A stretch of 64,000 nucleotides of DNA from Flavobacteriales bacterium (lineage in GTDB: Bacteria > Bacteroidota > Bacteroidia > CAIKAF01), in NCBI GenBank assembly GCA_026418175.1, contig JAOABX010000001.1, positions 68,957 to 132,956 of the forward strand, given 5' to 3'. Below, piece after piece: positions 52,745 through 61,656 of the stretch (the first letter of the stretch is position 1; the number at the start of each line of letters is the position of its first letter). The notes beneath the pieces are model-generated. The model ran no database searches, was not told the origin of the DNA, and saw only the letters and a list, made by a program, of their open reading frames with translations. A program made the position numbers and the translations under genes.

Positions 52745-55015
52745 ATGAGTAGAAAACGCTACACTTGGAACCACGAATGGAAAAAAAGCCTGATATTTAG
52801 TCTGGTTGCCGGTGCCATGGCTTTGACCAATCCGGTGCTTGCACAGCAACCGTATGGCTGTGGCAGCGATATCCACCTGGTTGAAAAAGAATATCCGGGT
52901 ACTTTGTTCAATATGCAGCAATTTGAACAGGAATTCCTAAACTGGATTCAAACCATAGATATTAACCAGCTTGAATTATCTGAATCAGGAACGCGTATTG
53001 TGCCTATGGTTGTGCATGTATTGCATGAAGGTGGAAATGAAAATATTTCCAAAGCCCAAATTCAAAGTCAAATAGTGGCCATTAATAAAGATATGAAGGC
53101 TCAAAATAGCGGGCTTACTACTCCTGCCTTCATTGCGCATCCTACGTTTGATACTTTAGTAGCTAATTACAACCTCGAATTTCGATTGGCTACGAAAGAT
53201 ATGTTTGGTAATTGTACCGATGGTATTGTTCGGGTTTATACTCCCAAAACGAATCAAGCCAAAGATTTTACAAGGTTTAAGCAAGAAAGTTATTGGGACC
53301 GTGATAAGTATTTTAATGTTTGGGTAGTAAAAACCATTTTTAATGATACGCAATATGGAACAATATTGGGGTATGCACAATTCCCATTTGCATTTGGAGG
53401 TCAATATCCATTGACTTCTACCGATGGCGTAGCTGTAATTCACAATGTATTTGGAACAACAGGAACAGCGGCAGGAAATACCGGTGCTACCCTTACTCAT
53501 GAGGTAGGACACTGGTTGGGATTACGCCATATTTGGGGGGATGAAAATTGTGGAAGCGATGGAATTGATGATACACCACAACACAAAGAGCCTAATTTCA
53601 GTGGCCCTTCTTGTTTTTCAATTCCTAAAACAGCAACTTGCTATGAACCTGGCTTTAATGATTATCTCAGAGATACAATTGGTGAAATGTGGATGAATTT
53701 TATGGATTATACGGCAGATCAGTGCTTGTGGATGTTTACCAAAGGCCAAAAAGCATTATCTGATTTTGTATTTAATACCATTGCTTTCCGCGGAAATCTG
53801 ATTACTAATGCCAATAATGTTGCTACCGGTACAGATGATGCCAGTTATGCGGCCCCATGTTCTCCTGCTCCTATTGCTGATTTTTGGAGCCGGAGTGGTA
53901 CGAATGAGCTTATTTCTACAAAATTGCTTTGTGCCGGAGGGCAGCTTACATTTGCTAACGGAACCTATAACGCTACACCTACTTCTATTGATTGGAATTT
54001 TCAAGGTGGAAGTCCTTCCACATCAACCGCCAGTGCCCCAACCATTACTTATAACACTCCTGGAGTGTATGATGTAACACTTACTGCTACTAATGCGCAG
54101 GGAAGCAACACTAAAACACGCGACGACTATGTACGTGTTTATCCAAATCAAGCTGATGAAGCCAGCTTTATCTACTATGATTCCTTTGAATATGGCTCTT
54201 TGTATGATCAAGGCAAATGGTTAGCAGTAAATGAAGGAAATCAAACCAATGGATGGGAAAATTTTGCAGCCGGTTATCTGAGTAATCGTTCTATGCGCAT
54301 GCGAAATGAAAGTAATGTACGATTTGAAACTGATGCCCTTATTTCACCCATGTATGATTTAACTACCATTGACAATGATCAGTTTACATTCCGCTATGCA
54401 TATGCTGTTCGAACTAACAATCCGTTTGTAGAACAAACCGATCGTTTGGAAGTTTATGTTTCTACAAATTGTGGTCAAAACTGGACTAGAAGAAACATAA
54501 CGGTGGATAACCAAACCGCTTCAAATCTCAGTGGTGCTCGTTTGGTTACGGCAGGCCTTGATCCGGATGGGTTCGTGCCTACAAGCCCGTTACAATGGAA
54601 ACAGGCTTCCGTAAATATTACTCCATACGTTAATAATAACAACGTGCGTTTTATGTTCCTATGGACTTCTGGTGGCCCATATGGTAATGATTTCTTCCTG
54701 GATGACATTATGATTCAGAATTCTCAGGCCATCGGTATTGAAGAAGCTACTGCTGGACAAACCGGATTTAAGGTATTCCCTAACCCTGTTTCATCTGTAT
54801 CACAAGTGTATTTCAACCTGACACAAAGTGGTGATGTACAAATCGATTTGTTGGATATTACAGGCCGGGTGGTTGGTAACGTATTCAATGGCACCCTTAA
54901 TGCAGGCGAGCAGACCTTCCAGATTGAACACAGCCGTTTCCAGGCTTCCGGTATTTATATCGTTCGTCTGATTGTGAATGGTGCTGTTTCTACTCAGAAA
55001 ATTGTAGTTGAGTAA
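52745..55015 (+). CDS. M43 (pappalysin/ulilysin-like) metalloprotease with PKD domain and type A CTD
   Basis: HEVGHWLGLRHIWGD, MNFMDY Met-turn, CG cysteine switch, PKD WNFQGG...YNTPGVYDVTL, VFPNPV CTD. TAGATTTG promoter at 52643-52650. Confidence 0.92.
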   Translation: MSRKRYTWNHEWKKSLIFSLVAGAMALTNPVLAQQPYGCGSDIHLVEKEYPGTLFNMQQFEQEFLNWIQTIDINQLELSESGTRIVPMVVHVLHEGGNENISKAQIQSQIVAINKDMKAQNSGLTTPAFIAHPTFDTLVANYNLEFRLATKDMFGNCTDGIVRVYTPKTNQAKDFTRFKQESYWDRDKYFNVWVVKTIFNDTQYGTILGYAQFPFAFGGQYPLTSTDGVAVIHNVFGTTGTAAGNTGATLTHEVGHWLGLRHIWGDENCGSDGIDDTPQHKEPNFSGPSCFSIPKTATCYEPGFNDYLRDTIGEMWMNFMDYTADQCLWMFTKGQKALSDFVFNTIAFRGNLITNANNVATGTDDASYAAPCSPAPIADFWSRSGTNELISTKLLCAGGQLTFANGTYNATPTSIDWNFQGGSPSTSTASAPTITYNTPGVYDVTLTATNAQGSNTKTRDDYVRVYPNQADEASFIYYDSFEYGSLYDQGKWLAVNEGNQTNGWENFAAGYLSNRSMRMRNESNVRFETDALISPMYDLTTIDNDQFTFRYAYAVRTNNPFVEQTDRLEVYVSTNCGQNWTRRNITVDNQTASNLSGARLVTAGLDPDGFVPTSPLQWKQASVNITPYVNNNNVRFMFLWTSGGPYGNDFFLDDIMIQNSQAIGIEEATAGQTGFKVFPNPVSSVSQVYFNLTQSGDVQIDLLDITGRVVGNVFNGTLNAGEQTFQIEHSRFQASGIYIVRLIVNGAVSTQKIVVE

Positions 55016-55037
55016 TTGATAGTTCTTGTAAAAGAAT

Positions 55038-55068
55038 AAAAAGCCGGAGCGATGCTCCGGCTTTTTTT
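55038..55068. terminator. Bidirectional terminator
   Basis: AAAAAGCCGGAGC-GAT-GCTCCGGCTTTTT. Confidence 0.85.
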
Positions 55069-55383
55069 ATGGATGTAAATCAGTGACCAGGGTGGATTTC
55101 TTTTTTGTTTTTTCTCTTCTTCGTTTTCTGATTCCCTTTTACCAGATTTGATTTTGATGAACCGGAAATTGAATAATGAAGGTTTATGGCTATACCAATC
55201 TAGAATGGGATTGATGATTTCTTCCAGAAAAATAGACCCGGGAATCCGCTTTTTTGACAGGCTTGTCCGCATTGTTAGTCTACTGTGGCTTCGGCTGATT
55301 GGTGGCATCTTGTTTTATAGTGAAGTCTGAATGCACTATGCAACTGCTAACGCGCTGATTTGAATTGTTGTATGCACAGAAAA

Positions 55384-55845
55384 TTATTTGGTCAGTTTAA
55401 TTTGACCCATTCTATTGGCTTTGGTGGCAAGTTGCTCCAATTTCTCTGAAATTTCTGCCATGTGTTCACGAACCTTATTAGCCTGTTGAAACTTATATTC
55501 ACTTAGCAATTGTTTTTTTTGTTGTTGTAGTTTCTCCAGTTCGTATTCTAGTCGGGCTTTTTCCTGGTTGATGGCTGTGAGTTGTTCAAGCATATTCATA
55601 CTGAAAAATTTCCGGGCCTGCTGGCTAAAGTCCAGGTATTCTTTCTGGTCAGCTTCCGGCAGCGATGCTATAGCCTGATCCAGTTCTTTCAATCGGTGTT
55701 TTGCTTTCTCCAGCAAGGCGCGTTCGCGTACCCGTTGCCGGGTAGCTTTCAGGTATTCTTGTTTTTGAATGGCTTTGGCTTTTAACTGTACTGCCTGATC
55801 AAATTCACGTTGCAAGGTAATTAGATCCTGAATTATTTGATTCAT
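55384..55845 (-). CDS. Coiled-coil protein with two UVR/ClpC-M-domain-like motifs
   Basis: aa 11-46 LKAKAIQKQEYLKATRQRVRERALL and aa 99-139 QKKQLLSEYKFQQANKVREHMAEI. Confidence 0.65.
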   Translation of the reverse strand: MNQIIQDLITLQREFDQAVQLKAKAIQKQEYLKATRQRVRERALLEKAKHRLKELDQAIASLPEADQKEYLDFSQQARKFFSMNMLEQLTAINQEKARLEYELEKLQQQKKQLLSEYKFQQANKVREHMAEISEKLEQLATKANRMGQIKLTK

Positions 55846-55847
55846 AT

Positions 55848-56174
55848 TTACATTTTAGCCATTAATTGAAATAATTTGTTTTTAATACACCAGGTTTCTT
55901 CTTCTGTAAAAACATTTTTTAAACGGTTTTCACTGCCAATAATTGTTTTTTCTTCATCCACTTGTACAGATTCTAACAAGCGCCGAAGGGTTTCAATTTT
56001 TTCGATCAGAGTTTTTGCTTCATTGTCATCCAATTTTCGCTTTTCCCAATCTTCAATTTGTGCTTTTTTTTCTGCGGCTTCCAGTTTTTTCAATTCTAGA
56101 TTAATTCGTTTTTCTTCCTCTTGAAGGTTTGTAGAACGTTTGGAAGTCTTTTTTTGTGATGCTGAAGTTTTCAT
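55848..56174 (-). CDS. Charged helical hypothetical protein
   Basis: 108 aa; 13-nt and 2-nt gaps to its co-oriented neighbours. Confidence 0.7.
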   Translation of the reverse strand: MKTSASQKKTSKRSTNLQEEEKRINLELKKLEAAEKKAQIEDWEKRKLDDNEAKTLIEKIETLRRLLESVQVDEEKTIIGSENRLKNVFTEEETWCIKNKLFQLMAKM

Positions 56175-56187
56175 ATCTGTCTGATTT

Positions 56188-56646
56188 TTAATCTCTAAAA
56201 GGGGTTAATTCAATTTCGTAAAAATTAAAATAGGAGCTGTCTCCAGGCTCTTTTTCTATAAGGTCTATTTTTTTCCAGGATTTGGGTATGGGTGGAAATA
56301 CGAGTTGAAAAGACAGGTTTTCTTTGTAATGTTGAAATTCATGTTTGTTCGGACTTATCGGTATGTATAGCGCCTCCCTCATGGGCAAAATTTCATCGGT
56401 ATCGCTTTTTCGGATAAAAGTTTCCGGCTGGATTCTTACCCAACCTCCATTTATAAATTCTGGCTGGGCATAATACATAATATGAATGATCGTATTTTTT
56501 TCAGAAGAATTGATTGACAGAATTTCACAACATCTTCCACAGGTGCTGAAACGGTACCTCGGGCGCTGAACTGGATATTTCAATAAGTCAATAAGTTCAT
56601 GAAGTATGGTATTTAGTTCCTCGATGCGTTTGTTTTGATTTGCCAT
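56188..56646 (-). CDS. Hypothetical protein, beta-rich C-terminal part (start likely MANQNK)
   Basis: INGGWVRI.PETF, IPISP.KH, FQLVFPPIPKSW..IDLIE resemble a Bacteroidota hypothetical family (from recall). The longer listed start runs through the palindrome region. Confidence 0.7.
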   Translation of the reverse strand: MANQNKRIEELNTILHELIDLLKYPVQRPRYRFSTCGRCCEILSINSSEKNTIIHIMYYAQPEFINGGWVRIQPETFIRKSDTDEILPMREALYIPISPNKHEFQHYKENLSFQLVFPPIPKSWKKIDLIEKEPGDSSYFNFYEIELTPFRD

Positions 56647-56653
56647 AATTCTA

Positions 56654-56670
56654 TGCATAATTTTTATGCA
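56654..56670. promoter_or_regulatory. Palindrome TGCATAA-N3-TTATGCA, candidate WYL operator
   Basis: Perfect 7-bp arms, 7 nt upstream of ATG 56646; extends imperfectly to TTCT...AGAA. Confidence 0.5.
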
Positions 56671-56766
56671 AGAACGCAAAGCAAAACGCATTCTATATCC
56701 GGTTTAAAAAAAAAAGAAATTTTTTTTAAACAAATATTCAGTACTATAATTGATGAGAAAACGTTA

Positions 56767-57783
56767 TTATCTCAATGATTTTACAGGCATAGATGCTAAC
56801 AAATGTTTTTTTCTCACAGACTCAGCGAGCCAATTCGGCGACAAAATTGTAACCTGATGCCCGTAAGAAAGTAACAGGCTTTCCAGTTCTACCGTAACAT
56901 AAACATCTAAGGTAATTTCCAGTGGGCCTCGCTTTGATACAACCTGCTGGGATGGATGTAAAGGTTTTGATACAATATAAGGTTCCAAATCCGAAGTAAA
57001 ACGAAGGTGGATACGTTCTTTTTTTCCTTGGGTACTTCGTGTTATGCCTATACAATGTTTAAAATATTCTTGTGGGTCAAATTTCCCTGAAATATGAAAC
57101 GGATGCCGGGCAAGTTGTTTTAAGCGGAGTATTCTATCCAGGCCAAAAGTACGTATTTCGTGGTGTTTTTCACTGAATCCAACAAGGTACCAGGCACCTC
57201 GATATTCTTTTAAAATATATGGGTGTACTATTAATTCGCTACTGGTTTTTCGCTGATATGAAAAATGCAGAATTTGTACCGGATGTTTTTTTTCAATGGC
57301 TTTTACTAGCTTATCAAACACAGGCAAATGATTTCCATTTTCATTTGTTTCAGGCATAATAAAAGTATGGGCATAAGGACCGGCTTGCTTATCTATGGCT
57401 AAATATTTGTATATTTTTTCCAGGGCTTTGACGTAGTTTTTCCCAATAGTAGTTGAACGCAATGATCGCATAAAAGTGAGCGCTGCATCCAAGGCCTCTA
57501 ATTCTTCATCGTCAATCAACAAATGATCTATCGAATATTGGGGGTTTTTGTAATAATAGCCGTTGTATCTTCTACTAAAAGCAATGGGTGCAAAAAAACC
57601 AAGTTCTTCATCTTCTTTCATGGCTTTAATATCTTTTTGAATGGTAGAAATGGCAAAGGGCTTTCCTATCCTTTCTTCCATTGTTCGTCGGATGTCTTCC
57701 ATGGTAGGATAAGGCCTTCGCTTATTAAGCAGCATCCGATTGATGATTTTATAGCGTAGCAAGGCATCTTTATTTAGCGGCAT
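56767..57783 (-). CDS. HTH-WYL-WCX transcriptional regulator
   Basis: N-terminal ALLRYKII...STIQKDIKAMK...API wHTH; VHPYILKEYRGAWYLVG, RTFGLDRI; SKPLHPSQ...LLSYG...ILSP.WL. Confidence 0.93.
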   Translation of the reverse strand: MPLNKDALLRYKIINRMLLNKRRPYPTMEDIRRTMEERIGKPFAISTIQKDIKAMKEDEELGFFAPIAFSRRYNGYYYKNPQYSIDHLLIDDEELEALDAALTFMRSLRSTTIGKNYVKALEKIYKYLAIDKQAGPYAHTFIMPETNENGNHLPVFDKLVKAIEKKHPVQILHFSYQRKTSSELIVHPYILKEYRGAWYLVGFSEKHHEIRTFGLDRILRLKQLARHPFHISGKFDPQEYFKHCIGITRSTQGKKERIHLRFTSDLEPYIVSKPLHPSQQVVSKRGPLEITLDVYVTVELESLLLSYGHQVTILSPNWLAESVRKKHLLASMPVKSLR

Positions 57784-58257
57784 AGATTTATTATTTATTT
57801 TATTGTTCCAATTTTATATTATCTTGTAACCTATAAAAAAACAATTGCATTATTTACAAATCAATTTGACAGATGCTTTATTTATACTAATCATTTGATT
57901 GATTCATTTTTTAATTCATTTTTGAAATTCTATGTAATTCTTTTTTCAATCAGCGAATTTCTTTACTTTATTTCAATTTTTAATTTTTTATGTATGAAAT
58001 GATAAGTACCAAGATAATATTTATGAAGTTTACATAGTTTATATATAAAATACAATTCATTTGACTTTTACATAACATCTCATGGGGGGTATGAAATTAT
58101 AAAAAAGTATAATGTAAATTATTATTTCCATATTCATTAACAAATGTTGATGTAAGATTACAACTTTTTGATAAAAAATTTAAATATGGTATTTATAAGT
58201 TTGTTTTGTAATTTAAATCAAAATGCATCAATATTTTTAAATGTTAGTATTTAAGTT

Positions 58258-60840
58258 ATGACAAAAAAATCAATTCTGCTTTTGATAAAACGCATTTCTA
58301 TTGCGTTTGCAGGATTTGTATTACTTATAATAATCGCAACGTTTGTTCTCCTTTATTTTTTTCAAGACCGTTTAATTCGTTTGGCCATAGATGAAATCAA
58401 TCAAAACCTAAATACAAAAATAGAAGTAGAGCAGATTGATCTTACGTTATGGAAAAAATTTCCACAAGCTTCACTTCAGTTTAAAAATGTACGTTGTGAT
58501 GAGGTAACCGAACAGCCTGAAAAAAAGAAATTGCTTAAAGCTGAATCAGTTTTTTTGTCATTTGATATTTGGGATTTCTTTACCGGGAATTATACTTTTA
58601 AACGAATTGATATAGTGAATGCCAACGCGTACCTTCGGATTAATAAAAAGGGAACGACCAATTTTGATATACTTAAAAAACAGCAGCAAAAAACTAAGAA
58701 TGTTAAATCTGGCCAGACTTTTCAGTTCAACAAAGTTATGTTGAAAAACGTATTAGTAGATTTTGAGAATGAGAAACTTCAGCATGTAGTGCAAGTTACC
58801 GTTCAACAACTTGATTTAAAAGGTAAATTTTCAGAAAAACGTCATACTTCGAGATTACGTGGTAAATTTTTTATTGACCGATTGGTGCTTCATGATGAAA
58901 CGTATATGCAACATCGACACGTTGAATTAAATATGGGTTTTGACAACAATACTGAAACCAAACAAATTACTATTGATAAAGGAAAGATTAGTATTGAAAA
59001 TTTAAATGTAGAAGCATCTGGTATTATTCGTACCGATAGTACTGGATATGTTGATCTAAACCTGGTAGGAAAAAAACTCAACATTCAATCTTTTATTTCA
59101 TTGTTACCAGGCGAATGGCGTAAGTTTGAAAATGAATACCAAAGTGAAGGTGAATTTTTCTTAAAAAGCTGGATTCGTGGCAATACTTCACATGGGAATG
59201 TTCCCGACATGGAAATTAATTTTGGAGTTCGCCAAGGGGCTGTGACATACAAGCCAACACAGACCCAAATGAAAAACTTAAATCTAACCGGTCGATTCGT
59301 TTCGGTGAAAAATGGCAGAGAGTGGGGGATGTATATAAATGATTTTGATGGTATATTAAAAAAATCAAAGCTCTCCGGAAAATTTAGTTATGAAATGCTG
59401 AATCATCCAGTAATGAAGTTTTCTGCCAAAGGGTCGGCAGATTTAGCTGAGATTTATGCTTTCATGCCAATACCAGGTATTTTGTCTATGCAGGGATTGA
59501 TAGAGTTGGATGTAGCTTTTGAAGGATCATCACATAATGCCCGCGAATTTACATTTAATGACTATCAACGCAGTTTGCTCAATGGAACAGCTAATCTAAA
59601 TAATGTTACTGTTCAAATGAAAAATCAACGTCATCCGTTTCGTGGTATGAATGGGACCTTGGAGTTTAATCGGAGTGATGCTACAATACGAAATTTAAGC
59701 GGTAATGTTGGAAGCTCTGACCTTACCCTGAATGGTTCAGTAAAAAATCTCCCGGCATATTTATTTGTTTCCGATGCTCCGCTTCAAATTGATGCAGATG
59801 CTCGTTCATCCAGCGTACTATTACATGAATGGTTAAGCAATGAAGAAAAGGAAAAACCAGTTGGTCAACCGGTACATGAATTTCGATTAAAATTACCGGA
59901 ACGAGTAAATGTATCTCTAAACATGCAAATTGACAAACTGGAATTTAATAAGTTCAGCGCTGAAAATATTCAGGGTATATTTACTTTCCGTAATCGCTCA
60001 TTACAAGCAGAATCAGTAACTATGCATGCTTTTGGTGGGCTTGTAAAACTTAGTGGTATTGCTAATGGCAAAGAAGAATCATTTATTCGAGTTAATGTTG
60101 AAGCATCGCTTCAGGGAATTCAATTAAACAGGCTGTTTTATGAATGTGGGAATTTTGGCCAAAAAACCATTACTCACGAAAATTTAAACGGGAATGTAGA
60201 TGCTTTTATCATCATGAGTATGCATTTTACAGATGCATTAAAAGCGGAGTTGCCTTCAGTATTAGTTAATTCGCAACTTACCATACAAAATGGAGAGTTG
60301 ATTCGTTTAAAATCGCTGGATGCATTATCAAAATTTATCCGGGTAGAAGAATTGCGCCATGTTAAATTTGCAACGTTAACCAATCAAATTCGTATTGAAA
60401 ATGAAACCGTCATAATTCCCGAAATGCAAATTAATTCATCGGCTATAAATCTTGTTTTGTCAGGTACTCATACATTTAAAAATCAGATTGATTATCGCTT
60501 TAATGTGCTTTTGAAAGATTTGTTGGCTCAAAAATTTAAGAAGAATCGAAAGCAGCAGGAGTTTGGAGAAATTATCGAAGAAGAGGGAACCGGAGCCAGA
60601 CTCTACTTGAAAATGACAGGTACTGCCGATGATCCTATTGTGGCTTTTGATACAAAAGGTGTACGAGAAAAGATAAAACAGGATTTGAAAGAAGAAAAGA
60701 AAGATTTAAAACAAATGTTGTACGAAGAATTTGGTTGGTTTAAAAAAGATACAACCATTCGTAAAGAAAATCTTTTACCCCCAAAACAGCGAAATAATAA
60801 AAACAAAATCAACAATTCGGATGACTTTGAGTTTGAATAA
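58258..60840 (+). CDS. AsmA-like envelope protein
   Basis: N-terminal TM anchor, beta-rich body, C-terminal IPEMQINSSAINL.LSGTHTF...IDY. TAAGTTTG promoter at 58196-58203. Confidence 0.8.
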   Translation: MTKKSILLLIKRISIAFAGFVLLIIIATFVLLYFFQDRLIRLAIDEINQNLNTKIEVEQIDLTLWKKFPQASLQFKNVRCDEVTEQPEKKKLLKAESVFLSFDIWDFFTGNYTFKRIDIVNANAYLRINKKGTTNFDILKKQQQKTKNVKSGQTFQFNKVMLKNVLVDFENEKLQHVVQVTVQQLDLKGKFSEKRHTSRLRGKFFIDRLVLHDETYMQHRHVELNMGFDNNTETKQITIDKGKISIENLNVEASGIIRTDSTGYVDLNLVGKKLNIQSFISLLPGEWRKFENEYQSEGEFFLKSWIRGNTSHGNVPDMEINFGVRQGAVTYKPTQTQMKNLNLTGRFVSVKNGREWGMYINDFDGILKKSKLSGKFSYEMLNHPVMKFSAKGSADLAEIYAFMPIPGILSMQGLIELDVAFEGSSHNAREFTFNDYQRSLLNGTANLNNVTVQMKNQRHPFRGMNGTLEFNRSDATIRNLSGNVGSSDLTLNGSVKNLPAYLFVSDAPLQIDADARSSSVLLHEWLSNEEKEKPVGQPVHEFRLKLPERVNVSLNMQIDKLEFNKFSAENIQGIFTFRNRSLQAESVTMHAFGGLVKLSGIANGKEESFIRVNVEASLQGIQLNRLFYECGNFGQKTITHENLNGNVDAFIIMSMHFTDALKAELPSVLVNSQLTIQNGELIRLKSLDALSKFIRVEELRHVKFATLTNQIRIENETVIIPEMQINSSAINLVLSGTHTFKNQIDYRFNVLLKDLLAQKFKKNRKQQEFGEIIEEEGTGARLYLKMTGTADDPIVAFDTKGVREKIKQDLKEEKKDLKQMLYEEFGWFKKDTTIRKENLLPPKQRNNKNKINNSDDFEFE

Positions 60841-61384
60841 ATCGAGATTTATTATCGGAATATTGCTTCTTTTTGCCTGTCGTACTCCGTATTTTATTCG
60901 ACCAGTAATAGCTGATAAAAATTTAAATAGAGCAGTATTTTTAGTTCGGATGAATGATATAATAGCTGAGGATGGCGTGGTTGAAAAACTTGGAAATGTT
61001 TTTCATGAAGGTGGTTTTACACCGGTAATTCCTTTTTTTACAAATGCATTTCTTACTTCTGAAAAAGTAGAAACAATTTTTAAGGCAGATAGTGTTGCCA
61101 TTCGCCAATTAAAAATTCCAATTTCTGTATCATGGCTTGTATTAGCTCATTTTAAGCACTATGCTATTGAGAATACAAGTGCCAATAATGGCTTGTATGA
61201 AATGTCATGTATGGTTGAAATAAAACTTATTAGTGTCCAAAGTGGACAAATCATTAGAACCTGGAAATTTTCTGAGAGCGGAATTCATTCAGAGTTTGAT
61301 CTGGCCACCCAACTATCGCTTAGTAATCTTTGGACACATCTTCAAAAAAATTTAATATATGAATTAAAATCGCTGTTACCTTAA
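60821..61384 (+). CDS. Hypothetical lipoprotein (start likely MTLSLNK)
   Basis: Lipobox LLFAC; overlaps the AsmA stop by 20 nt. Confidence 0.55.
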   Translation: MTLSLNKSRFIIGILLLFACRTPYFIRPVIADKNLNRAVFLVRMNDIIAEDGVVEKLGNVFHEGGFTPVIPFFTNAFLTSEKVETIFKADSVAIRQLKIPISVSWLVLAHFKHYAIENTSANNGLYEMSCMVEIKLISVQSGQIIRTWKFSESGIHSEFDLATQLSLSNLWTHLQKNLIYELKSLLP

Positions 61385-61656
61385 TAAATATATCCCTCAA
61401 TAAAAATTTTTGTTAAAAACGTAGCTCGTCACATTATATATATTGTTTCAAATCACAATAATTTCGTGTGATAAATTACGGTGTTTTTAGGGTTTTCATC
61501 AAAAAATAATTCTGTAATTATACAAGAATAATATTCAAAGCCAATGAATTGATTTGGCTGGGTTGAGTAAGTGTCATTTAAGATTATTTCAACCTGATTT
61601 TTATTCCGATGATTTACCCTTTTTTTCTTACGTTTGCTGGGATTAATTTTTATTGC

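Noticed and set aside
54994..55308. 104-aa ORF as a confident CDS
   Set aside because: Runs through a strong terminator and overlaps the M43 stop; kept only as a low-interest finding.
57784..58257. Hidden gene or array in the AT-rich spacer
   Set aside because: No credible ORF, repeat unit or stable hairpin seen; consistent with divergent promoters.
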